Positions 25,695-35,884 of a stretch of 64,000 bases of DNA are shown piece by piece; positions within the stretch are counted from its first letter, which is position 1; every line of letters starts with the position of its first letter. Source of the DNA: Mobula hypostoma (taxonomy: Eukaryota); contig NC_086108.1 in the NCBI RefSeq assembly GCF_963921235.1, positions 47,742,001-47,806,000 of the forward strand, given 5' to 3'. The notes under the pieces are model-generated. The model ran no database searches and was not told the DNA's origin. It saw only the letters and a list, made by a program, of their open reading frames with translations. The translations under genes were made by a program, and so were the position numbers.

Positions 25695-26491
25695 CATTTA
25701 AATAAAATATAGAACAAATTGGAACACTATTAGTACTACCACAGTACCATAAAATCATGTATTAGTTCCTAATAGTTGGTTTGATGGTTGTCAGTCGTAT
25801 CCAACTGTGACAGGAAACCTTGGCAGGAGAGTTTTTAAAGTGGAAATGCCATTGTACCAGGGCAGTTCCATGCTCTCGATCTCAGAAGCTGGGTTCAGTG
25901 ATATGAAAGTCCTAACAACTGGGGTCTTCCTTAGTTGAAGTGGTTGACCATGACTACAGGTTTCCCCCGCCATCCGAAGGTAGAGTGTTCCTATGAAACG
26001 GTTTGTAAGCCGGAATGTCGTAAAGCAAAGAAGCAGTTACCATTTATCTATATGGGAAAATTTTGTGAGCGTTCGCAGACCCAAAAATAACCTACCAAAT
26101 CATGCCAAATAACACATAAAACCTAAAATAACAGTAACATATAATTAAAAGCAGGAATGATATGATAAGCAACACACATCAAAGTTGCAACTTTGATGTG
26201 TGTTGCTTGAATTTCCAGCATCTGCACCTCTTCCTAGAGATGCTGCCTGGCCTGCTGCGTTCACCAGCAACTTTGATGTGTGTTGCTTGAATTTCCAGCA
26301 TCTGCAGAATTCCTGTTGTTTGCATTTTTAAAATTCACTACTGCGAAGCCTCTTCCGGTGATGCCTACACCGAAGAAGTTTAGATCCTCTCTTCGACGGG
26401 AGTTCAGTGAAACCATCTCTCACTGCTCCCCATCTGTAATTTCTTCGGCTCTTCAACTTTTCGACCACATTTTGACTCAGACTCACTATCA

Positions 26492-28350
26492 TAGAAACAT
26501 AGAAAATAGGTGCAGGAGTAGGCCATTCGGCCCTTCGAGCCTGCACCGCCATTTATTATGATCATGGCTGATCATCCAACTCAGAACCCCGCCCCAGCCT
26601 TCCCTCCATACCCCCTGATCCCCGTAGCCACAAGGGCCATATCTAACTCCCTCTTAAATATAACCAATGAACTGGCCTCAACTGTTTCCTGTGGCAGAGA
26701 ATTCCACAGATTCACCACTCTCTGTGTGAAGAAGTTTTTCCTAATCTCGGTCCTAAAAGGCTTCCCCTTTATCCTCAAACTGTGACCCCTTGTTCTGGAC
26801 TTCCCCAACATCGGGAACAATCTTCCTGCATCTAGCCTGTCCAATCCCTTTAGGATTTTATACGTTTCAATCAGATCCCCCCTCAATCTTCTAAATTCCA
26901 ACGAGTACAAGCCCAGTTCATCCAGCCTTTCTTCATATGAAAGTCCTGCCATCCCAGGAATCAATCTGGTGAACCTTCTTTGTACTCCCTCTATGGCAAG
27001 GATGTCTTTCCTCAGATTAGGGGACCAAAACTGCACACAATACTCCAGGTGTGGTCTCACCAAGGCCTTGTACAACTGCAGTAGTACCTCCCTGCTCCTG
27101 TACTTGAATCCTCTCGCTATAAATGCCAGCATACCATTCGCCTTTTTCACCGCCTGCTGTACCTGCATGCCCACTTTCAATGACTGGTGTATAATGACAC
27201 CCAGGTCTCGTTGCACCTCCTCTTTTCCTAATCGGCCACCATTCAGATAATAATCTGTTTTCCTATTTTTGCCACCAAAGTGGATAACTTCACATTTATC
27301 CACATTAAATTGCATCTGCCATGAATTTGCCCACTCACCCAACCTATCCAAGTCACTCTGCATCCTCTTAGCATCCTCCTGACAGCTAACACTGCCACCC
27401 ACCTTCGTGTCATCCGCAAACTTGGAGATGCTGCATTTAATTCCCTCATCCAAGTCATTAATATATATTGTAAACAACTGGGGTCCCAGCACTGAGCCTT
27501 GCGGTACCCCACTAGTCACCGCCTGCCATTCTGAAAAGGTCCAGTTTATTCTCACTCTTTGCTTCCTGTCTGCTAACCAATTCTCCTTCCACATCAATAC
27601 CTTACCCCCAATACCGTGTGCTTTAAGTTTGCACACTAATCTCCTGTGTGGGACCTTATCAAAAGCCTTTTGAAAATCCAAATATACCACATCCACTGGT
27701 TCTCCCCATCCACTCTACTAGTTACATCCTCAAAAAATTCTATGAGATTCGTCAGACATGATTTTCCTTTCACATATCGATGCTGACTTTGTCCGATGAT
27801 TTCACCGCTTTCCAAATGTGCTGTTATCACATCTTTGATAACTGACTCCAGCAGTTTCCCCACCACCGACGTTAGGCTAACCGGTCTATAATTCCCCGGT
27901 TTCTCTCTCCCTCCTTTTTTAAAAAGTGGGGTTACATTAGCCACCCTCCAATCCTCAGGAACTAGTCCAGAATCTAACGAGTTTTGAAAAATTATCACTA
28001 ATGCATCCACTATTTCTTGGGCTACTTCCTTAAGCACTCTAGGATGCAGACCATCTGGCCTGGGGATTTATCTGCCTTCAATCCCTTCAATTTACCTAAC
28101 ACCACTTCCCTACTAACAAGTATTTCGCTCAGTTCCTCCATCTCACTGGACCCTCTGTCCCCTACTATTTCTGGAAGATTATTTATGTCCTCCTTAGTGA
28201 AGACAGAACCAAAGTAATTATTCAATTGGTCTGCCATGTCCTTGCTCCCCATAATCAATTCACCTGTTTCCGTCTGTAGGGGACCTACATTTGTCTTTAC
28301 CAGTCTTTTCCTTTTTGCATATCTATAAAAGCTTTTACAGTCAGTAAAAG
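26492..28350 (-). mobile_element. Young 5'-truncated CR1/HER1-type LINE
   Basis: 371-aa open RT ORF 26581-27696 (DFQKAFDKV, GVPQGSVLGP, KFADDT); 6-bp TSD CTATCA at 26486-26491 and 28351-28356; repeated CATAGAAA tail. Confidence 0.95.
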
Positions 28351-28550
28351 CTATCACAGCCATACATCCTTTCTTGGAACATGCCTCCGTTGCCAACTTA
28401 CTCCAGTTGGCTTTAGGCCTCTCATATCCCCTTTGCCAATCACCTGTCCAGCTCTTGGCTCCATCCCTCCCCCTCCTGTCTTCTCCTATCATTTTGGATC
28501 TCCCCCTCCCCCTCCCACTTTCAAATCTCTTACTAACTCTTCCTTTGGTT

Positions 28551-28586
28551 AGTCCTGATGAAGGGTCTCGGCCTGAAACGTCGACT
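28551..28586 (+). ncRNA. Minimal hammerhead ribozyme motif (second PLE copy)
   Basis: AGTC-CTGATGA-AGGGTCTCGGCCT-GAAAC-GTC-GACT. Confidence 0.8.
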
Positions 28587-31500
28587 GTACCTCTTCCTAG
28601 AGATGCTGCCTGGTCTGCTGCGTTCACCAGCAACTTTGATGTGTGTTGCTTGAATTTCCAGCATCTGCAGAATTCCTGTTGTTTGCATGATATGATAAGT
28701 ACACAGCCTATATAAAGTAGAAATACTTTTCCACAATCATTGCCAGCACTGTTCTCCCTAGCGAAAATCTCACGCAAGCGCTCTTGACAGAAACACTGCA
28801 AAAGCACTCTCCAGTAACCTTTAGGCTATGAAGCTGCCAAATCATACCAAATAACACACAAAAATACACAGCCTATATTAAATAGAAATAATGTATGTAC
28901 AGTATAGTATCATTTACAGGAATCGGGAAGACAGCTTGCCGAGCACACTGATGATGGTGTTTTAGACTGAGTCATCGGAGTTTGGGTGGTGCAGTGGCCC
29001 CCACCTTCCAGGCAGCGAACCGATACCGATCCGCGAAGCATTCAGGGGTACAGTGGTAGCCGGGAGGCACACATCACATCTTTAAGAAAAAAGCCGAAAT
29101 AATTGGCGGCCCAGATCAGAGACGATTGCCGATTACATCACCTCTGATCTGGGCCAGTTACGTGCCGGGCAGCACCTAATTAATTAGCATGTTTATTTCG
29201 GCTTTACTCTTAAAGATGTGCTGTGTGCCTCCCGGCTACCACTGCATTCTCCGCGGATCGGTATCTGTCTGCAGCCTGGGGGTTGGGGTGGTGGAACACT
29301 GGGGTGTCATCTGGACATCTGTTTCCATTAGGGCAGGCAGCTCATCTTTTCCTATGACTGCCTGCCTCGATGTCGAAGGTCGAGGTTCGTCGTCTGCTGT
29401 GGCTGATGTGGAAGGCTTGCTTGACTGCTGAGCCTCGTGCATTTTTAGATCATACAGTTCTTTGTAAGCGCTCAAATCATCCTGCAAATACGCCTTAAAC
29501 CTACGCACCCTTTCAAAATTAAAGTCATACTTTATCATTGCTCGTTCAGTTTGGATTGTTATCCTTTCCTCTTCCAATTGCATCAGCTCTTCATTTATCA
29601 GCTCTTGGTCATGGGATGCCAAAACCTCTTCAACATCATCTTTGTTAGCTTCCACAAGCCAAACTCACTTTGTCCTTGCTTCGTTCACCACGATCGAAAC
29701 GCTTAATTATGTCTAGTTTTACGCTAAGTGTAACACCCTTACGAGCTCTTTCAGGCTTTTCCAATACCTTAGAACTCATCTTGCTAACGGCTGCTTACAG
29801 ACACGTGTTTAAGCAATGCCAGCGAGAATGCAGTTCCGAATCCGGGGGAGAGCGGCTGCCCAGGGCGCGTGCTGCTTTTCCCCGCGCTGCCTTTCTTCGT
29901 AACAGTGAAAACACCTTCTGTTAACAAAAACAGGTACTAATGTAGGTCTTCTGTAACAGTGAGGTTCCGTAAAGCGAATGTTCGAAAAGCAGGGGACACC
30001 TGTACTTCTTTGCCTCATCATGGCCTTCGCTGTCCCCAGAGTGCTGCAGAATGGCCTTCCTGGCCATTGGATCTCACTGTAGATCTCATCCGCCTAGACT
30101 GCCAGAGCTGACTTTGTGTGCTAGGGCAGGCATGTCTCTATCTCACTGGGATCTAAGGCCTGCCTGCTACCCTCACCTGGTTTAGCCTGCCTGCTGAACT
30201 TGTGTATCGGGGTGTATCTGCTGTTGCATGCTACTTGGAGCCACAGCTGAGAGCTGAGTATATGCTGCTGTGTTCTTTTGATTGTAAATTAACAAAATCA
30301 GTGCAGACACCTGGTGTAGATAAAGGAATGCCTTTATACAATTTTTGACGATTGCATCCTCCAAATCTTCATTTTCATTGTAACATTCAAGGTGATTGTT
30401 GATAGCTTCAAATTCTTCATATTTCCTATGTTGAAGTAGTGAAATTGTTTTATTTTCACTGCTGGCCATTTCTGGCATCTCTAACCTTGAATACTTGAAA
30501 CTGCAAGGAGCAAAGCAGTACTGAGTTGTCTTTCTGTTTATCTCTCGCCAGCTATCAGTGATAAAAATCACTGCCTTTTAAACTGAAGAACACTCAACTG
30601 ACACTATTTTAAAAACTCTTCGCTCTTAAGTATGGTGTAGTGTCTAACAGCTGCACAAGTGCATGCATCTGAGAAACTGTTCGCCAACAATCTCCTGCCC
30701 CAATTAAGTGGCATAATGTCCCAAAAAAAGGGGGGCTCCCAGCTATTTTTTCCATTTTGTTTTTCGTTTTTTTTAGGAGTTGTCCCAAATGAGCAGCTTC
30801 CCCTATTAACTGAAATTCACTGTATTTTAATTGTTTATTTCAACTTTAATAGTGAAATGCCTTTGACTTTCACAAACACTTAAAAACTAAGAATCATTGA
30901 TAGCTCTCAGAGTTGGCAAAGCCTGTTTCTTCTTTGCCTTCTGTCAGGGTTTTTTCCAGGATGAAGCCTAACCATTTGGCTTTTGCTGCTGACTGGATCA
31001 TGGCACTGAAGCAAATTATACCCTCTGCATCAGGCCCAAGTAACCAAGAATGGATTGCCAGTGGTGGAGCTGATAAGCTAATCTCAAAAAATTCCAGCTA
31101 CTTGCACGCAATGTGTTGGTGCCATACTAGTGTAATAGGCCATAACCTACTGCTGCTTATTATTTTGCAGCCATTTAAATTATTATTTTGGCCATTGTTA
31201 AAACCTCCCAATTGCAGCAATATTTGAATAATTACTGGCACATGTTAAATATAGGAACAGATCCGTGAAAGTTGCTGGATATGTTGTCATAAATTACAGA
31301 AGTATTTTTAATATTTAGCTGCTGATAAGTTGTCCCAGCAAAAACTGAAAACACCTGGTCACAGCTTCTTCTTTACCCTGTTTGTCATGTGAACACTTTA
31401 AGATTGCAAAGGAGGAAATATTTTTGCATGTGATCAACATTATGGGTTGAATCCTTTCATTAAATTGACAGAAAAAGAGTAGGCTGTCTCTTTCCATGTA

Positions 31501-31863
31501 AAAAGACTTAGTTCTTATGTTGAAGATGCTCCTCTTGGTATGGCATAAGTCAAACAATAACAGGATATGACTCTACTGGGCAAAATTTTAAAACTACTGG
31601 AATATTGCTGCATACCTGCATGTAAAGCTGTTGCCTTTCTGGTACATTAAGACAAAGCCTAGTTTGCTGAACCTTTTTAAAAAAACAAAACATTGAGCAG
31701 ATATTTGTCTTATTTCTGCATCATGGAACCTCACAATCTTAAGATTGGCAAGTGTATGTAATAGCAACCAGATTTGTCAAAAGTGATTGAATACCAGCCT
31801 TGAATGTTTGTTTTCACTGAAGATATTTCATATGTGAAATTTGCTTCCTTTTTTAATGTACAG

Positions 31864-31923
31864 AACATTCCAGCTTTTGTCTCATTTTGAGAAAATTACA
31901 GGAATAAACAGCCAGAGTCAGCT
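31864..31923 (+). CDS. Candidate exon of host gene (TFQLLSHFEKITGINSQSQ)
   Basis: Acceptor CTTCCTTTTTTAATGTACAG; 60 nt open, phase 2 to phase 2, compatible with neighbours; donor CT/GTATGG is moderate. Confidence 0.6.
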
Positions 31924-34322
31924 GTATGGTCAATGGGTTAACAATTCAAGAAAGTATTATTTCTCTTTGCATATTTAGAACAAATGTACTTCCATAAGAC
32001 ATTAAGATATAAGAGCAGAATTAGTCTGCTCCGCTATTTCATCATGGCTGATCCATTTCCTCTCAAACTCAATCTCCTCTCTTCTCCCCATATCCTTCCA
32101 CAGATTTTCGTCACTCTCTGGCTAAAGAGATTCCTCCTCTTCTCCATTCTAGATGGACATCCTTATATTCTGAGGCTGTGTCCGCTGGTCTTAGACTCCC
32201 CAACCATAGGAAACAACCTCTCCACATTCACTCGATCAAGGCCTTTCAACATTCGATAGGTTCCATTGAGATCTCCCCCCTCATTCTTCTGAATTCCAGC
32301 GAGTACAGGCCCAGAGCTATAAAAAGCTCCTCGTATGATAAGGCTTTCAATCCTGGAATCATTTTTGTGAACCTCCTTTGAATCCTCTCCAATGTCAACA
32401 CATCCTTTCTTAGATAAGGGGCCCAAAACTGCTCACAATACTCCCAAGTGCGGTCTCACCAGTGCCTTTATAAAACCTCAACATTCCATCCTTACCTTTA
32501 TATTCTAATCCTTTTGAAATAAACGCTAACGTTTCATTTGCCTTGCCTTCCTTACCACAGACTCAACCTGCAAATTACCCTTTAGGGAATCCTGCACAGG
32601 GACTCCCAAATCCCTTTTCACCTCAGGTTTTAGTATTTTCTCTCCATTTAGAAAATAGTCTTCCCTTTTACTTCTTCTACCAAAGTGTATGACTATATAC
32701 TTCCCAACATCGTATTCCATCTGCAACTTCTTAGCCTATTTTCCTAATCTAAGTCATTCTGTAGCCTCTCTACTTCCTCAATACTACCTGCCCCAACACT
32801 TCTCTCCTTATCATCTATAAACTTGGCCCATCAATTCTGTCATCCAAATCATTGACATATAACTTATTTGTTTAAAAAATGGTCCCAACACAGATCCCTG
32901 TCAGACACCACTAGTCACTTGCAGCAAACTAGTAAAAGGTCTCTTTATTCCCACTCTTTGCATCCTGCCAATCAGCTAGTGCTCTATCCGTGCTAGTGTC
33001 TTTCCTGTAATACCATGGGTTCTTAACTTGTTCAGCCTCATGTGTGGCTCCTTGTCTAAAGGCCTCCTGAACATCTAAGTACACAACATCCACTGATTCT
33101 CCTTTATCTATCCTGCTTGCGATTTCTTCAAAGAATTCCAACAGCTCTGTCAGGCAAGATTTTCTCTTAAGGAAACCATGCTGGCTTTAACCCGTTTTAT
33201 TATGTGCCTTCAAATATCCTAAAACTACATCCTTAACAATTGACTCCAACATCTTCACAACCACTGAGATCAGGCTAATTGGCACATAATTTCCTTTCTT
33301 CTGCTTCTCTCCCTTCTTGAAGTGTGGAGTCACATTTGCAATTTTCTTGTACTCTGGAACCATTCCAGAGCCTATTGATTCTTGAAAGAGCATTATTAAT
33401 GCCTCCACAATCTCTTCAAACACTTCTTTGAGAACCTGAGGATGTAGACCATCTGGTCCAGGTGACTTATTTACCTTCAGACCTTTTGTTGGTTTTGACT
33501 TCTCTTGTCAATCATGGTTGCATCATCCTGCTTTTAGAATATTACTTCCCTGGGATGTATCTATCTTGTGCCTTCTGAATTGCTCCCAGAAACTCCACTC
33601 ATTGCTACTCTGCCATCATTCCTGTTAGTGTTCCCTTCCAATCAATTTCAGCCAGCTGCTCTTTCATGCCCTTTACTCCACTCTGATACTGATACATCCA
33701 ACTTCTCAAATTGCAAGGTGAATTTTATCATACATAGAAATGAAGAAATCTACAGCACATTACAGGCCCTTCAGCCCACAATGTTTTTGCCGACCATGTA
33801 ACCTACTCTAGAAACTGCCCTGAATTTCTCTACCACATACCCCTCTATTTTACTAAGCTCCATGTACCTATCTAAGAGTCTCTTAAAAGATCCTATTGTA
33901 TCCACTTCTACCACCGTTGCTGACAGTGCATTCCATTCACCCACCACTATATTATGATCATTGGTTCCTAAGGATTCTCTTACCTTAAGCTCTCTAATTA
34001 GTTCAGTTTCATCGCACAACACCCAATCCAGAGTAGCTAATCCCCTCATGGGCTCAACCAGAGCAGCTCTAAAAAGCAATCTTATAGGCATTCTGCAAAC
34101 TTCCCCTTTTGGGATCCATCACCAGCTTGCTTTTCTCAATCCACTTGTGTAATGACTATTGTAAAATTGCCCTTTTTTGGGGGGCGTCACGTGATGACGT
34201 GGGATTGAGACGTGTAAATCCAGCTCTCCCGCAACAAGTCAGTAAAGTACTGTTTAAACAAAACAAAGTTAGTAAATATTTTCTGAAAACTATTTATAAA
34301 CTTTGTAAGATTACTTTACGAT

Positions 34323-35402
34323 ATGCCTCCTAAACCGCAACAAAAGAAGTCTGCTGTTGCAAAGCAGCCGCGAGATGGGAAGAAAAAAGGGCCTACTGCA
34401 ACGATGGAGCCTCAGACTCAGGTTGGATCTCCTTCGGTAGAACAGGGAGCAATGGCGGTGGCAACGGCTTCTTCGAAGAAGACACCGGTAATGCGCATGC
34501 GTAAACCGACACAACACAAACTACAAGAACCGACAGCCACTGCAATTGAAAATGACTCAGAGTCAGAATCGGATTCTGCAGAGAACATAGATGAAGAAGA
34601 GGAGGAAGAATTGGAAGCGATTGGAAGTAAAGGAGATGATAGAGACATGAGAGAAGCTATATTGCAATTAACGGCTGAATTAAGAAAAGTAAGAGAAGAA
34701 CTTAGAGATACGAAGATGTGCTATGATAAAGTTATGGCAAGACAGGACAAAATGGATAAGAAGCTTCAGAAGATGGAAAGAGCAATGGGGCATATGAATG
34801 ATAGAGTGGAAAAAACAGAAAATGATTTGCTTGTCTGGAATTCGGAAAGAAACCGACTCTTGGAGAAAGTGGACATGTTGGAAAATTTTAGTAGACGTAA
34901 TAATATTAAAATTGTTGGTCTTAAAGAAGGTATGGAGGGAGATAAACCAATAGAATTTTTTCAAAGATGGATCCCGGATGTTTTGCAAATGGAAGAGGAG
35001 GTTCAATCAATTGAAATTGAGCGGGCACATAGAGCTTTAAGACCAAAACCAAAAGATGAGCAATATCCACGATCAATTTTAATAAAATTCTTAAGATTTC
35101 AAGACAAGGAAAGTATTCTACAGGCAGCTGCTCGAGCTGCCAAAGATAGAAAAGGGCCATTGATAATTGGAGGGAACAAAGTTTTTTTCTATCCTGATAT
35201 AAGTTACGAACTTTTGAAGAGAAGGAAGAAATTTAATCCAGTGGAAAAAACCCTATGGGAGCATGGTTATCAATTTACACCGCGTTATCCTGCAACTTTG
35301 AAGATTTTTTTGTCTGATGGAGAAAAAAGATTTTTTGATGATTATCAGAAAGCAGAGCAGTTTGTGCGAGATTCTCTGAAAACTCACCAGACACAAGAAT
35401 AA
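34323..35402 (+). CDS. L1 ORF1p (coiled coil, RRM, CTD), intact 359 aa
   Basis: LENFSRRNNIKIVGLKEG, IEIERAHR, PRSILIKFLRF, FFYPDIS, RYPATLKI are L1 ORF1p motifs. Confidence 0.9.
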   Translation: MPPKPQQKKSAVAKQPRDGKKKGPTATMEPQTQVGSPSVEQGAMAVATASSKKTPVMRMRKPTQHKLQEPTATAIENDSESESDSAENIDEEEEEELEAIGSKGDDRDMREAILQLTAELRKVREELRDTKMCYDKVMARQDKMDKKLQKMERAMGHMNDRVEKTENDLLVWNSERNRLLEKVDMLENFSRRNNIKIVGLKEGMEGDKPIEFFQRWIPDVLQMEEEVQSIEIERAHRALRPKPKDEQYPRSILIKFLRFQDKESILQAAARAAKDRKGPLIIGGNKVFFYPDISYELLKRRKKFNPVEKTLWEHGYQFTPRYPATLKIFLSDGEKRFFDDYQKAEQFVRDSLKTHQTQE

Positions 35403-35884
35403 ACCCAGGAGAGCGAGATAGATTGAAGATGAAGATTGGGTTAAAGAATGGACTTGATGGATTTTTGAAGCTGGATGAATGTATAAATATATTATTAATT
35501 ATACGAGGGGGGTAAGAAAGGTTAAAACTGGAGGAATATTAGTTGGGAATAGTAATACTAATTTTGTATATATATAATGTTTTTTTGTTGCGGGGGAGCT
35601 GGAAGAAGCACTGATCGATTGCTACGCTAGTCATGTGTGCAAGCGTGGCTTTTGCCACAACCCGCAAAATGGAGGGGGGTAATGTGTATCCTTTCATTCA
35701 CAACATTAGTGGGGGGGTATTTTGTTTTTTTTTTGTACTTTTTCTTTCTTCTTTTTTCTTTCTGCCTGGAAGGTTGGGGGGGAGACACATAGCAACATGG
35801 TGAAGTTTAAAGAGATTCCCCAAGGAACTATGAAAGTTGAGAAGATAAATAATGTTTTAGATTGGAGTAACTTTGTGAAGAATA

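Larger units (their letters stand above)
26170..28686 (+). mobile_element. Internally deleted Penelope-like element with repeated tail (pseudo-LTR), interrupted by CR1
   Basis: 13-bp TSD ATGATATGATAAG at 26157-26169 and 28687-28699; tail copies at ~26226-26322 and ~28590-28686; ORF start ATG 26361 continues after the CR1 as HSHTSFLGTCLRCQLTPVGFR. Confidence 0.85.
25957..30002 (-). mobile_element. Non-autonomous Tigger/pogo DNA transposon, copy 4, interrupted by a PLE
   Basis: TA TSD at 25955-25956 and 30003-30004; same termini and internal sequence as copies 2 and 3. Confidence 0.92.
25785..30258. mobile_element. Unclassified repeat (possibly RTE 5'UTR/SINE-like), split by Tigger copy 4
   Basis: Relatively GC-rich segments 25785-25956 and 30003-30258 flank the Tigger TA site and contrast with the AT-rich old pogo host; family call is tentative. 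Confidence 0.35.
24017..30822 (-). mobile_element. Old pogo/Tigger-type element, outermost host of a nested cluster
   Basis: Degenerate TIRs CAGAAAATTCTAGTTAATTGGG (24017) and CCCTATTAACTGAAATTCACTG followed by TA (30822); minus ORF 30182-30571 has DSWREINRKTTQYCF, resembling the pogo W..V...TI..CF motif. Confidence 0.6.

Noticed and set aside
28022..28807. 261-aa minus ORF as a novel gene
   Set aside because: Chance read-through across Tigger, antisense PLE and CR1 sequence.
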